From Bugula neritina (taxonomy: Eukaryota; Animalia; Bryozoa): a stretch of DNA of 64,000 nucleotides. The DNA lies in NCBI GenBank assembly GCA_964035545.1, contig OZ037771.1:10172480-10236479 (forward strand). The letters run 5' to 3'. Shown in pieces: positions 33,948-51,200 of this stretch (positions within the stretch are counted from its first letter, which is position 1; every line of letters begins with the position of its first letter). Position numbers and translations under genes: made by a program. A model generated the notes under the pieces. It saw only the letters and a list, made by a program, of their open reading frames with translations. It did not search any database and was not told the origin of the DNA.

Positions 33948-36900
33948 GCAACATACTGAAATACACTGTAACATGATGAAGTACACTGCAACACATTGAA
34001 ATACACTGCAACAAACTGAAATATACTGCAACATACTGAAATGTACTGCAACATACTGAAATACATTGCAACATATCGAAGTATATCGTAATAAACGGAC
34101 ATGTACTGAAACATACTGAAACACACTGAAACATACTGAAACATACTGAAACATACTGAAACATACTGAAATACACTGCAACAAACTGCAACATACTGAA
34201 ACATACTGTAACATGATGAAAAACACTGCAACACATTGAAATATACTGCAACAAACTCAAATATACTGCAACATACTGAAACGTACTGCAACATACTGAA
34301 ACTAATTGCAACATATCGAAGTATATCGTAAAATACGGACATGTACTGTAACATACTGAAACACACTGAAACATACTGAAACATACTGAAACATACTGAA
34401 ACATACTGAGATACACTGCAACATACTGCAACATACTGAAATACACTGTAACATGATGAAATACACTGCAACACATTGAAATATACTGCAACACACTGAA
34501 ATATACTGTAACATACTGAAATATACTGCAACATACTGCAACATACTGAAATGCACTGTAACATACTGTAACTTACTGAAAAACACTGCAAAAAACTGTA
34601 ACATACTGAAACACACTGAAACATACTGAAACATACTGAAACATACTGTAACATACTGAAACACACTGAAACATACTGAAACATACTGAGACATACTGAA
34701 ATACACTGCAACATACTACAACATACTGAAATACACTGTAACATACCGAAATAAGCTGCAACATACTGCAACATACTGATATACACTGTAACATGATGAA
34801 GTACACTGCAACACATTGAAATACACTGCAACAAACTGAAATATACTGCAACATACTGAAATGTACTGCAACATACTGAAGTACATTGCAACATTTCAAA
34901 GTATATCGTAATAAACGGACATGTACTGTAACATACTGAAACATACTGAAACATACTGAAACATACTGAAATACACTGCAACATACTGAAACATACTGAA
35001 ACATACTGAAACATACTGAAATACACTGCAACATACTGCAACATACTGAAACATACTGTAACATGATGAAATACACTGCAACACATTGAAATATACTGCA
35101 ACAAACTGAAACATACTGCAACATACTGAAACGTACTGCAACATACTGAAATTATTTGCAACATATCGAAGTATATCGTAATATACGGACATGTACTGTA
35201 ACATACTGAAACACACTGAAACATCCTGAAACATACTGAAACATACTGAAACATACTGAAACATACTGAGATACACTGCAATATACTGCAACATACTGAA
35301 ATACACTGTAACATGATGAAATACATTGCAACACATTGAAATATACTGCAACAAACTGAAATATACTGCAACATACTGAAACGTGCTGCAACATACTGAA
35401 ATACATTGCAATATATCGAAGTATATCGTAATATACGGACATGTACTGTAACATACTGTAACACACTGAAACATACTGAAACATACAGAAATATACTGAA
35501 ATATACTGAAATACACTGTAACACATTGAAAAATACTGCAACATACTGAAAGACACTTCAACTCACTGAAGTATAGTGTAATAAACGGAAATGTACTGTA
35601 ACATACTGATAATCACTGCAACACACTGAAGAATACTGCAACATACTGAAATACACTGTAACATACCGAAGTAAACTGCAACATAATGCAACATACTGAA
35701 TTACACTGTAACTTACTAAATTACACTGCAACATTCTGCAACATACTTCAACGTACTGAAATACACTGTAACATACTGAAATACACTGCAACATACTGCA
35801 ACATACTGAAGTACACTGTAAAATATTAAAATACACTGCAACACATTGGAATATACTGCGACACACTGAAATATACTGTAACGTACTGAAACATGAGCAA
35901 TATACTGAAAGATGCCTCAACATACTCAAATACACTGCAAGAAACTGCAACATACGTGAATACACTGTAACATACTGAAATACACTGAAACATACTGCAA
36001 CATACTGAAGTACACTGTAAAATATTCAAATACACTGCAACACATTGAAATACACTGCAACACACTGAAATATACTGCAACATACTGAAATGTACTTCAA
36101 CATAATGAAAAACACTGCAACATATCAAAGTATATCGTAATATACAGACATGTACTGTAACATACTGAAACATACTGAAATATACTGCAACCTACCGCAA
36201 CATACTGAAAAACACTGTAACAAACTGAAATACGCTGCAACACATTGGAATATACTGCAACATACTGGAATACACTGTTACATACTAAAATACACTGCAA
36301 CATACTAAAATACACTGCAACATTCTGCAACATTTTGCAACATACTTCAACATACTGAAATACACTGTAACAAACTGAAATACGCTGCAACACATTGGAA
36401 TATACTGCAACATACCCAAATAGATGGTAACATACTGAAATATACTGAAATACATTGTAACACCTTGAAAAATACTGCAACACACTGAAAGACACTACAA
36501 CTCACTGAAGTATAGTGTAATATATGAAAATGTACTGTAACATACTGATATTTACTGCAACACACTGAAATATACTGCAACGTACTGAAATACACTGTTA
36601 CATGCCAAAATAAACTGCAACATACTGCGACATACTGAATTACACTGTAACATACTCAAATACACTGCAACATTCTGCAACATATTGAAATATACTGCAA
36701 CACACTGAAATATACTGCAACACATCCAAGTAGACTGTAATATACGGACATGTACTGTAACATACTGAAACATACTGAAACATACTGAAACAAAATGAAA
36801 TATACTGTAACACTCTGAGTAATACTGCAAAATGCTGAAATATACTGTAGCACAGTGAAGTACACTGCAAAACTCTGAAACATACTGCAACATACTAAGA

Positions 36901-39900
36901 CATGAGCAATATACTGAAAAATGCCTCAGCATACTCAAATATACTGCAAGATGCTACAACATACGTAAATACACTGTAACATACTGAAATACACTGCAAC
37001 ATACTGCAACATACTGAAGTGCACTGTAACATACTGTAACTTACTGAAAAACACTGCAAAAAACTGTAACATACTGAAACACAATGAAACATACTGAAAC
37101 ATACTGAAACATACTGTAACATACTGAAACACACTGAAACATACTGAAACATACTGAGACATACTGAAATACACTGCAACATACTACAACATACTGAAAT
37201 ACACTGTAACATACCGAAATAAACCGCAACATACTGCAACATACTGAAATACACTGTAACATGATGAAGTACACTGCAACACATTGAAATACACTGCAAC
37301 AAACTGAAATATACTGCAACATACTGAAATACATTGCAACATTTCGAAGTATATCGTGATAAACGGACATGTACTGTAACATACTGAAACACACTGAAAC
37401 ATACTGAAACATACTGAAACATACTGAAACATACTGAAATACACTGCAACATACTGCAACATACTGAAACATACTGTAACATGATGAAATACACTGCAAC
37501 ACATTGAAACATACTGCAACAAACTGAAATATACTGCAACATACTGAAACGTACTGCAACATACTGAAATTATTTGCAACATATCGAAGTATATCGTAAT
37601 ATACGGACATGTACTGTAACATACTGAAACACACTGAAACATCCTGAAACATACTGAAACGTACTGAAACATACTGAAACATACTGAGATACACTGTAAC
37701 ATACTGCAACATACTGAAATACACTGTAACATGATGAAATACACTGCAACACATTGAAATATACTGCAACAAACTGAAATATACTGCAACATACTGAAAC
37801 GTGCTGCAACATACTGAAATACATTGCAATATATCGAAGTATATCGTAATATACGGACATGTACTGTAACATACTGAAACACACTGAAACATACTGAAAC
37901 ATACTGAAATATACTGAAATATACTGAAATACACTGCAACACATTGAAATATACTGCAACACACTGGGATATACTGCAACACATCCAAGTACATCGTAAT
38001 ATACGGACATGTACTGTAACATACTGAAACATACTGAGACATACTGAAACAAAATGAAATATACTGTAACACACTTAATATTACTGCAAAATGCTGAAAT
38101 ATACTGTAACACAGTGAAGTATTCTGCAAAATTCTGCAACATACTGTAACATACTGAAACATGAGCAATATACTGCAAATGCCTCAACATATTCAAATAT
38201 ACTGCAAGATACTGCAACATACGTAAATACACTATAACATACTGAAATACACTGCAACATACTGCAACATACAGAAGTACACTGTAAAATATTGAAATAC
38301 ATTGCAATACATTGGAATATACTGCAACACACTGAAATATACTGCAACATACTGAAATATACTGCAACATACTGCAACATGCTGAAATACACTGTAACAT
38401 ACTGTAACATACTGAAATACACTGCAACATATCAAAGTATATCGTAATATACGGACATGTACTGTAACATACTGAAACACATTGAAACATACTGAAACAT
38501 ACTGAAACATACTTCAACACACTGAAATATACTAAAACATACTGAAATATACTGCAACATACTGCAACATACTGAAATACACTGTAACAAACTGAAATAC
38601 ACTGCAACACAATGGAATATACTGCAACATACCCTAATTTATTGTAATATACTGAAATATACTGCAACATACCGCAACATACTGAAATACACTGTAACAT
38701 GATGAAGTACACTGCAACATATTGAAATACACTGCAACAAACTGAAATATACTGCAACATACTGAAATGTACTGCAACATACTGAAATACATTGCAACAT
38801 ATCGAAGTATATCGTAATAAACGGACATGTACTGAAACATACTGAAACACACTGAAACATACTGAAACATACTGAAACATACTGAAACATACTGAAATAC
38901 ACTGCAACAAACTGCAACATACTGAAACATACTGTAACATGATGAAAAACACTGCAACACATTGAAATATACTGCAACAAACTCAAATATACTGCAACAT
39001 ACTGAAACGTACTGCAACATACTGAAACTAATTGCAACATATCGAAGTATATCGTAAAATACGGACATGTACTGTAACATACTGAAACACACTGAAACAT
39101 ACTGAAACATACTGAAACATACTGAAACATACTGAGATACACTGCAACATACTGCAACATACTGAAATACACTGTAACATGATGAAATACACTGCAACAC
39201 ATTGAAATATACTGCAACACACTGAAATATACTGTAACATACTGAAATATACTGCAACATACTGCAACATACTGAAATGCACTGTAACATACTGTAACTT
39301 ACTGAAAAACACTGCAAAAAACTGTAACATACTGAAACACACTGAAACATACTGAAACATACTGAAACATACTGTAACATACTGAAACACACTGAAACAT
39401 ACTGAAACATACTGAGACATACTGAAATACACTGCAACATACTACAACATACTGAAATACACTGTAACATACCGAAATAAGCTGCAACATACTGCAACAT
39501 ACTGATATACACTGTAACATGATGAAGTACACTGCAACACATTGAAATACACTGCAACAAACTGAAATATACTGCAACATACTGAAATGTACTGCAACAT
39601 ACTGAAGTACATTGCAACATTTCGAAGTATATCGTAATAAACGGACATGTACTGTAACATACTGAAACATACTGAAACATACTGAAACATACTGAAATAC
39701 ACTGCAACATACTGAAACATACTGAAACATACTGAAACATACTGAAATACACTGCAACATACTGCAACATACTGAAACATACTGTAACATGATGAAATAC
39801 ACTGCAACACATTGAAATATACTGCAACAAACTGAAATATACTGCAACATACTGAAACGTACTGCAACATACTGAAATTATTTGCAACATATCGAAGTAT

Positions 39901-42900
39901 ATCGTAATATACGGACATGTACTGTAACATACTGAAACACACTGAAACATCCTGAAACATACTGAAACATACTGAAACATACTGAAACATACTGAGATAC
40001 ACTGCAACATACTGCAACATACTGAAATACACTGTAACATGATGAAATACATTGCAACACATTGAAATATACTGCAACAAACTGAAATATACTGCAACAT
40101 ACTGAAACGTGCTGCAACATACTGAAATACATTGCAATATGTCGAAGTATATCGTAATATACGGACATGTACTGTAACATACTGTAACACACTGAAACAT
40201 ACTGAAACATACAGAAATATACTGAAATATACTGAAATACACTGTAACACATTGAAAAATACTGCAACATACTGAAAGACACTTCAACTCACTGAAGTAT
40301 AGTGTAATAAACGGAAATGTACTGTAACATACTGATAATCACTGCAACACACTGAAGAATACTGCAACATACTGAAATACACTGTAACATACCGAAGTAA
40401 ACTGCAACATAATGCAACATACTGAATTACACTGTAACTTACTAAATTACACTGCAACATTCTGCAACATACTTCAACGTACTGAAATACACTGTAACAT
40501 ACTGAAATACACTGCAACATACTGCAACATACTGAAGTACACTGTAAAATATTAAAATACACTGCAACACATTGGAATATACTGCGACACACTGAAATAT
40601 ACTGTAACGTACTGAAACATGAGCAATATACTGAAAGATGCCTCAACATACTCAAATACACTGCAAGAAACTGCAACATACGTGAATACACTGTAACATA
40701 CTGAAATACACTGAAACATACTGCAACATACTGAAGTACACTGTAAAATATTCAAATACACTGCAACACATTGAAATACACTGCAACACACTGAAATATA
40801 CTGCAACATACTGAAATGTACTTCAACATAATGAAAAACACTGCAACATATCAAAGTATATCGTAATATACAGACATGTACTGTAACATACTGAAACATA
40901 CTGAAATATACTGCAACCTACCGCAACATACTGAAAAACACTGTAACAAACTGAAATACGCTGCAACACATTGGAATATACTGCAACATACTGGAATACA
41001 CTGTTACATACTAAAATACACTGCAACATACTAAAATACACTGCAACATTCTGCAACATTTTGCAACATACTTCAACATACTGAAATACGCTGTAACAAA
41101 CTGAAATACGCTGCAACACATTGGAATATACTGCAACATACCCAAATAGATGGTAACATACTGAAATATACCGAAATACATTGTAACACCTTGAAAAATA
41201 CTGCAACACACTGAAAGACACTACAACTCACTGAAGTATAGTGTAATATATGAAAATGTACTGTAACATACTGATATTTACTGCAACACACTGAAATATA
41301 CTGCAACGTACTGAAATACACTGTTACATGCCAAAATAAACTGCAACATACTGCGACATACTGAATTACACTGTAACATACTCAAATACACTGCAACATT
41401 CTGCAACATATTGAAATATACTGCAACACACTGAAATATACTGCAACACATCCAAGTAGACTGTAATATACGGACATGTACTGTAACATACTGAAACATA
41501 CTGAAACATACTGAAACAAAATGAAATATACTGTAACACTCTGAGTAATACTGCAAAATGCTGAAATATACTGTAGCACAGTGAAGTACACTGCAAAACT
41601 CTGAAACATACTGCAACATACTAAGACATGAGCAATATACTGAAAAATGCCTCAGCATACTCAAATATACTGCAAGATGCTACAACATACGTAAATACAC
41701 TGTAACATACTGAAATACACTGCAACATACTGCAACATACTGAAGTGCACTGTAACATACTGTAACTTACTGAAAAACACTGCAAAAAACTGTAACATAC
41801 TGAAACACAATGAAACATACTGAAACATACTGAAACATACTGTAACATACTGAAACACACTGAAACATACTGAAACATACTGAGACATACTGAAATACAC
41901 TGCAACATACTACAACATACTGAAATACACTGTAACATACCGAAATAAGCCGCAACATACTGCAACATACTGAAATACACTGTAACATGATGAAGTACAC
42001 TGCAACACATTGAAATACACTGCAACAAACTGAAATATACTGCAACATACTGAAATACATTGCAACATTTCGAAGTATATCGTGATAAACGGACATGTAC
42101 TGTAACATACTGAAACACACTGAAACATACTGAAACATACTGAAACATACTGAAACATACTGAAATACACTGCAACATACTGCAACATACTGAAACATAC
42201 TGTAACATGATGAAATACACTGCAACACATTGAAACATACTGCAACAAACTGAAATATACTGCAACATACTGAAACGTACTGCAACATACTGAAATTATT
42301 TGCAACATATCGAAGTATATCGTAATATACGGACATGTACTGTAACATACTGAAACACACTGAAACATCCTGAAACATACTGAAACGTACTGAAACATAC
42401 TGAAACATACTGAGATACACTGTAACATACTGCAACATACTGAAATACACTGTAACATGATGAAATACACTGCAACACATTGAAATATACTGCAACAAAC
42501 TGAAATATACTGCAACATACTGAAACGTGCTGCAACATACTGAAATACATTGCAATATATCGAAGTATATCGTAATATACGGACATGTACTGTAACATAC
42601 TGAAACACACTGAAACATACTGAAACATACTGAAATATACTGAAATATACTGAAATACACTGCAACACATTGAAATATACTGCAACACACTGGGATATAC
42701 TGCAACACATCCAAGTACATCGTAATATACGGACATGTACTGTAACATACTGAAACATACTGAGACATACTGAAACAAAATGAAATATACTGTAACACAC
42801 TTAATATTACTGCAAAATGCTGAAATATACTGTAACACAGTGAAGTATTCTGCAAAATTCTGCAACATACTGTAACATACTGAAACATGAGCAATATACT

Positions 42901-43425
42901 GCAAATGCCTCAACATATTCAAATATACTGCAAGATACTGCAACATACGTAAATACACTATAACATACTGAAATACACTGCAACATACTGCAACATACAG
43001 AAGTACACTGTAAAATATTGAAATACATTGCAATACATTGGAATATACTGCAACACACTGAAATATACTGCAACATACTGAAATATACTGCAACATACTG
43101 CAACATGCTGAAATACACTGTAACATACTGTAACATACTGAAATACACTGCAACATATCAAAGTATATCGTAATATACGGACATGTACTGTAACATACTG
43201 AAACACATTGAAACATACTGAAACATACTGAAACATACTTCAACACACTGAAATATACTAAAACATACTGAAATATACTGCAACATACTGCAACATACTG
43301 AAATACACTGTAACAAACTGAAATACACTGCAACACAATGGAATATACTGCAACATACCCTAATTTATTGTAATATACTGAAATATACTGCAACATACCG
43401 CAACATACTGAAATACACTGTAACA
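33948..43425 (+). repeat. 4726-bp higher-order repeat, 2 tandem copies
   Basis: ORF pairs 34302/39028, 35558/40284, 36895/41621 and 38081/42807 are offset 4726. The boundary string GCAACATACTGAAATACACTGTAACA lies at 33948, 38674 and 43400. Confidence 0.93.
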
Positions 43426-44230
43426 AACTGAAATACACTGCAACACATTGGTATATACTGCAACATACCCAAATATATGGTAATATACTGAAATATACTG
43501 AAATACACTGTAACGCATTGAAAAATACTGCAACATACTGAACGACACTACAACTCACTGAAGTATAGTGTAATATACGAAAATGTACTGTAACATACTG
43601 ATATTTACTGCAACACACTGAAATATACTGACATACTGAAATACACTGTTACATGCCAAAATAAACTGCAACATACTGCAACATACTGAAATACACTGTA
43701 ACATACTCAATTACACTGCAACATTCTGCAACATATTGAAATATACTGCAACACACTGTAATATACTGCAACACATCCAAGTAGACTGTAATATACGGAC
43801 ATGTACTGTAACATACTGAAACACATTGAAACATACTGAAACATACTGAAACATACTTCAACACACTGAAATATACTAAAACATATTGAAATATACTGCA
43901 ACATACAGCAACATACTGAAATACACTGTAACAAACTGAAATACACTGCAACACAATGGAATATACTGCAACATACCCTAATTTATTATAATATGCTGAA
44001 ATATACTGCAACATACCGCAACATACTGAAATACACTGTAACAAACTGAAATACACTGCAACACATTGGTATATACTGCAACATACCCAAATATATGGTA
44101 ATATACTGAAATATACTGGAATACACTGTAACGCATTGAAAAATACTGCAACATACTGAAAGACACTACAACTCACTGAAGTATAGTGTAATATACGGAA
44201 ATGAACTGTAACATACCGATATTTACTGTA
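43170..44230 (+). repeat. Local 618-bp-offset duplication (also present in the 61.85-62.9 kb copy)
   Basis: ORF pair 43360/43978. CCCTAATTTATT at about 43358 and 43976; GGTATATACT..CCCAAATATATGG in both copies. Confidence 0.8.
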
Positions 44231-44489
44231 ACACACTGAAATATACCGCAACATACTGAAATACACTATATCATACCAAAATAAACTGCAACATACCGCA
44301 ACATACTGAAATACACTGTAACATACTAAAATACACTGCAAAATTCTGCAACATACTTCAACGTACTGAAATACACTGTAACATAACGAAATACACTGCA
44401 ACACATTGAAATATACTGCAACACACTGAAATATACTGCAAAATACTGAAATGTACTTCAACATACTGAAAAACACTGCAACATATTGA

Positions 44490-47400
44490 AGAATATCGTA
44501 ATATACGGACATGTACTGTAACATACTGAAACACACTGAAACACACTGAAACATACTGAAACATACTGAACTACACTGCAACATACTGCAACATACTGAA
44601 GTACACTGTAACAAACTGAAATACACTGCAACACAATGGAATATACTGCAACATACCCTAATTTATTGTAATATGCTGAAATATACTGCAACATACCGCA
44701 ACATACTGAAATACACTGTTACATACTAAAATACACTGCAACATACTAAAGTACACTGCAACATTCTGCAAAATTCTGCAACATACTTCAACATACTGAA
44801 ATACACTGTAACATAATGAAATACACTGCAACACATTGAAGTATACTGCAACAAACTGAAATATACTGCAACATACTGAAGTATACTGCAACATACTGAA
44901 ATACACTGCCACATATCCAAGTATATCGTAATATACGGACATGTACTGTAACATACTGAAACACACTGAAACATACTGAAACATACTGAGACATACTTCA
45001 ACACACTGAAATATATTAAAACATACTGAAATATACTGCAACATCCTGCAACATACTGAAATACACTGTAACAAACTGAAATACACTGCAACACATTGGA
45101 ATATACTGCAACATACCATAATATATGGTAATATACTGAAATATACTGCAACATCCTGCAACATACTGAAATACACTGTAACAAACTGAAATACACTGCA
45201 ACACATTGAAATATACTGCAACAAACTGAAATATACTGCAACAAACTGAAATGTACTGCAACATACTGAAATATACTGCAACACATCCAAGTACATCGTA
45301 ATATACGGACATGTACTGTAACATACTGAAACATACTGAAACATACTGAAACATACTGAAACAAAATTAAATATGCTGTAACACACCTAATAATATTGCA
45401 AAATGCTGAAATATACTGTAACACAGTGAAGTATACTGCAAAATTCCGAAACATACTGTATCATACTGAAACATGAGCACGATATTGAAAAATGCCTCAA
45501 CATATTCAAATATACTGCAAGATTCTGCAACATACGTAAATACTTTGTAACATACTGAAATACACTGCAACATACTGCAACATACTGAAATACACTGTAC
45601 ATATTGAAAAACACTGCAACACACTGAAATATACTGCAACACACTGAAATATACTGCATAATACTGAAAAAGACTACAACTCACTGAAGTATAGTGCAAT
45701 ATACAGAAATGTACTAAAACATACTGATATTTACTGTAACACACTGAAATATACTGCAACATACTGCAACATACTGAAGTGCACTGTAACATACGGTAAC
45801 TTACTGAAATACACTGCAACAAACTGTAACATACTGAAACACACTGAAACATACTGAAACATACTGAAACATACTGTAACATACTGAAACACACTGAAAC
45901 ATACTGAAACATACTGAGACATACTGAAATGCACTGCAACATACTGAAACATACTGAAATATACTGAAATATACTGAAATACACTGTAACACGTTGAAAA
46001 ATACTGCAACATACTGAAAGACACTTCAACTCACTGAAGTATAGTGTAATATACGGAAATGTACTGTAACATACTGATATTTACTGTAACACACTGAAAT
46101 ATACTGCAACATACTGAAATACACTGTAACATACCGAAAAAAACTTCAACATAATGCAACATACTGAATTACACTGTAGCATACTAAAATACACTGCAAC
46201 ATTCTGCAACATACTTCAACGTACTGAAAGACACTGTAACATAATGAAATACATTGCAACACATTGAAATATACCGCAACAGACTGGAATATACTGCAAC
46301 ACATCCAAGTACATCGTAATATACGGACATGTACTGTAACATACTGGAACATACTGAAACATACTGCAACATTCAGAAGTACACTGTAAAAAATTGAAAT
46401 ACAGTGCAACAAACTGCAACATACTGAAGTACACTGTACATATTGAAAAACACTGCAACACACTGAAATATACTGCAACACACTGAAATATACTGCAAAA
46501 TACTGAATTACACTTCAACATACTGCAACATACTGAAAGACACTACAACTCACTGAAGTATAGTGCAATATACAGAGATGTACTCTAACATACTGATATT
46601 TATTGTTACACACTGAAATATACTACAACATACTGAAATACACTGCAACATACCGAAATAAGCTGCAACATAATGCAACATACTGAAATACACTGTAACA
46701 TGATGTAGTACACTGCAACACATTGAAATATACTGCAACAAACTGAAATATACTGCAACATACTGAAATGTACTGCAACATACTGAAATACATTGCAACA
46801 TATCGAAGTATATTGTAATAAACGGACATGTACTGTAACATACTGAAACACACTGAAACATACTGAAACATACTGAAACATACTGAACTACACTGCAACA
46901 TACTGCAACATACTGAAGTACACTGTAACAAACTGAAATACACTGCAACACAATGGAATATACTGCAACATACCCTAATTTATTGTAATATGCTGAAATA
47001 TACTGCAACATACCGCAACATACTGAAATACACTGTTACATACTAAAATACACTGCAACATACTAAAGTACACTGCAACATTCTGCAAAATTCTGCAACA
47101 TACTTCAACATACTGAAATACACTGTAACATAATGAAATACACTGCAACACATTGAAGTATACTGCAACAAACTGAAATATAATGCAACATACTGAAGTA
47201 TACTGCAACATACTGAAATACACTGCCACATATCCAAGTATATCGTAATATACAGACATGTACTGTAACATACTGAAACACACTGAAACATACTGAAACA
47301 TACTGAGACATACTTCAACACACTGAAATATATTAAAACATACTGAAATATACTGCAACATCCTGCAACATACTGAAATACACTGTAACAAACTGAAATA

Positions 47401-48200
47401 CACTGCAACACATTGGAATATACTGCAACATACCATAATATATGGGAATATACTGAAATATACTGCAACATCCTGCAACATACTGAAATACACTGTAACA
47501 AACTGAAATACACTGCAACACATTGAAATATACTGCAACAAACTGAAATATACTGCAACAAACTGAAATGTACTGCAACATACTGAAATATACTGCAACA
47601 CATCCAAGTACATCGTAATATACGGACATGTACTGTAACATACTGAAACATACTGAAACATACTGAAACATACTGAAACATACTGAAACAAAATTAAATA
47701 TGCTGTAACACACCTAATAATATTGCAAAATGCTGAAATATACTGTAACACAGTGAAGTATACTGCAAAATTCCGAAACATACTGTATCATACTGAAACA
47801 TGAGCACGATATTGAAAAATGCCTCAACATATTCAAATATACTGCAAGATTCTGCAACATACGTAAATACTTTGTAACATACTGAAATACACTGCAACAT
47901 ACTGCAACATACTGAAATACACTGTACATATTGAAAAACACTGCAACACACTGAAATATACTGCAACACACTGAAATATACTGCATAATACTGAAAAAGA
48001 CTACAACTCACTGAAGTATAGTGCAATATACAGAAATGTACTATAACATACTGATATTTACTGTAACACACTGAAATATACTGCAACATACTGCAACATA
48101 CTGAAGTGCACTGTAACATACGGTAACTTACTGAAATACACTGCAAAAAACTGTAACATACTGAAACACACTGAAACATACTGAAACATACTGAAACATA
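44490..48200 (+). repeat. Partial duplication, offset 2317-2327 bp (about 44.5-45.9 kb vs 46.8-48.2 kb)
   Basis: GAACTACACT at 44568 and 46885; ORF pairs 44658/46975 and 45387/47714. The 10-bp change in offset is one extra GAAACATACT. Confidence 0.82.
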
Positions 48201-51200
48201 CTGTAACATACTGAAACACACTGAAACATACTGAAATACACTGCAACATACTACAACATACTGAAATACACTGTAACATACCGAAATAAGCTGCAACATA
48301 CTGCAACATACTGATATACACTGTAACATGATGAAGTACACTGCAACACATTGAAATACACTGCAACAAAATGAAATATACTGCAACATACTGAAATGTA
48401 CTGCAACATACTGAAGTACATTGCAACATTTCGAAGTATATCGTAAAAAACGGACATGTACTGTAACATACTGAAACACACTGAAACATACTGAAACATA
48501 CTGAAACATACTCAAACATACTGAAATACACTGCAACATACTGCAACATACTGAAACATACTGTAACATGATGAAATACACTGCAACACATTGAAATATA
48601 CTGCAACAAACTGAAATATACTGCAACATACTGAAACGTACTGCAACATACTGAAATTATTTGCAACATATCGAAGTATATCGTAATATACGGACATGTA
48701 CTGTAACATACTGAAACACACTGAAACATCCTGAAACATACTGAAACATACTGAAACATACTGAAACATACTGAGATACACTGCAACATACTGCAACATA
48801 CTGAAATACACTGTAACATGATGAAATACATTGCAACACATTGAAATATACTGCAACAAACTGAAATATACTGCAACATACTGAAACGTGCTGCAACATA
48901 CTGAAATACATTGCAATATATCGAAGTATATCGTAATATACGGACATGTACTGTAAAATACTGAAACACACTGAAACATACTGAAACATACAGAAATGTA
49001 CTGAAATATACTGAAATACACTGTAACACATTGAAAAATACTGCAACATACTGAAAGACACTTCAACTCACTGAAGTATAGTGTAATATACGGAAATGTA
49101 CTGTAACATACTGATAATTACTGCAACACACTGAAATATACTGCAACATACTGAAATACACTGTAACATACCGCAGTAAACTGCAACATAATGCAACATA
49201 CTGAGTTACACTGTAACTGACTAAATTACACTGCAACATTCTGCAACATACTTCAACGTACTGAAATACACTGTAACATACTGAAATACACTGCAACATA
49301 CTGCAACATACTGAAGTACACTGTAAAATATTAAAATACACTGCAACACATTGGAATATACTGCAACACACTGAAATATACTGTAACATACTGAAACATG
49401 AGCAATATACTGAAAGATACCTCAACATACTCAAATACACTGCAAGAAACTGCAACATACGTGAATACACTGTAACATACTGAAATACACTGAAACATAC
49501 TGCAACATACTGAAGTACACTGTGAAATATTCAAATACACTGCAACACATTGAAATACACTGCAACACACTGAAATATACTGCAACATACTGAAATGTAC
49601 TTCAACATAATGAAAAACACTGCAACATATCAAAGTATATCGTAATATACAGACATGTACTGTAACATACTGAAACATACTGAAATATACTGCAACATAC
49701 CGCAACATACTGAAAAACACTGTAACAAACTGAAATACGCTGCAACACATTGGAATATACTGCAACATACTGGAATACACTGTTACATACTAAAATACAC
49801 TGCAACATACTAAAATACACTGCAACATTCTGCAACATTTTGCAACATACTTCAACATACTGAAATACACTGTAACAAACTGAAATACGCTGCAACACAT
49901 TGGAATATACTGCAACATACCCAAATAGATGGTAACATACTGAAATATACTGAAATACATTGTAACACCTTGAAAAATACTGCAACACACTGAAAGACAC
50001 TACAACTCACTGAAGTATAGTGTAATATATGAAAATGTACTGTAACATACTGATATTTACTGCAACACACTGAAATATACTGCAACGTACTGAAGTACAC
50101 TGTTACATGCCAAAATAAACTGCAACATACTGCGACATACTGAATTACACTGTAACATACTCAAATACACTGCAACATTCTGCAACAAACTGAAATGTAC
50201 TGCAACATACTGAAATATACTGCAACACATCCAAGTACATCGTAATATACGGACATGTACTGTAACATACTGAAACATACTGAAACATACTGAAACATAC
50301 TGAAACAAAATTAAATATGCTGTAACACACCTAATAATATTGCAAAATGCTGAAATATACTGTAACACAGTGAAGTATACTGCAAAATTCCGAAACATAC
50401 TGTATCATACTGAAACATGAGCACGATATTGAAAAATGCCTCAACATATTCAAATATACTGCAAGATTCTGCAACATACGTAAATACTTTGTAACATACT
50501 GAAATACACTGCAACATACTGCAACATACTGAAATACACTGTACATATTGAAAAACACTGCAACACACTGAAATATACTGCAACACACTGAAATATACTG
50601 CATAATACTGAAAAAGACTACAACTCACTGAAGTATAGTGCAATATACAGAAATGTACTAAAACATACTGATATTTACTGTAACACACTGAAATATACTG
50701 CAACATACTGCAACATGCTGAAGTGCACTGTAACATACGGTAACTTACTGAAATACACTGAAACACACTGAAACATACTGAAACATACTGAAACATACTG
50801 TAACATACTGAAACACACTGAAACATACTGAAACATACTGAGACATACTGAAATGCACTGCAACATACTGAAACATACTGAAATATACTGAAATATACTG
50901 AAATACACTGTAACACGTTGAAAAATACTGCAACATACTGAAAGACACTTCAACTCACTGAAGTATAGTGTAATATACGGAAATGTACTGTAACATACTG
51001 ATATTTACTGTAACACACTGAAATATACTGCAACATACTGAAATACACTGTAACATACCGAAAAAAACTTCAACATAATGCAACATACTGAATTACACTG
51101 TAGCATACTAAAATACACTGCAACATTCTGCAACATACTTCAACGTACTGAAAGACACTGTAACATAATGAAATACATTGCAACACATTGAAATATACCG

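Noticed and set aside
37341-37360. CENP-B box match in the variant TTTCGAAGTATATCGT
   Set aside because: It matches TTCGnnnnA, but the required CGGG is absent (TCGT, with the CG displaced by one base). It is not a canonical box.
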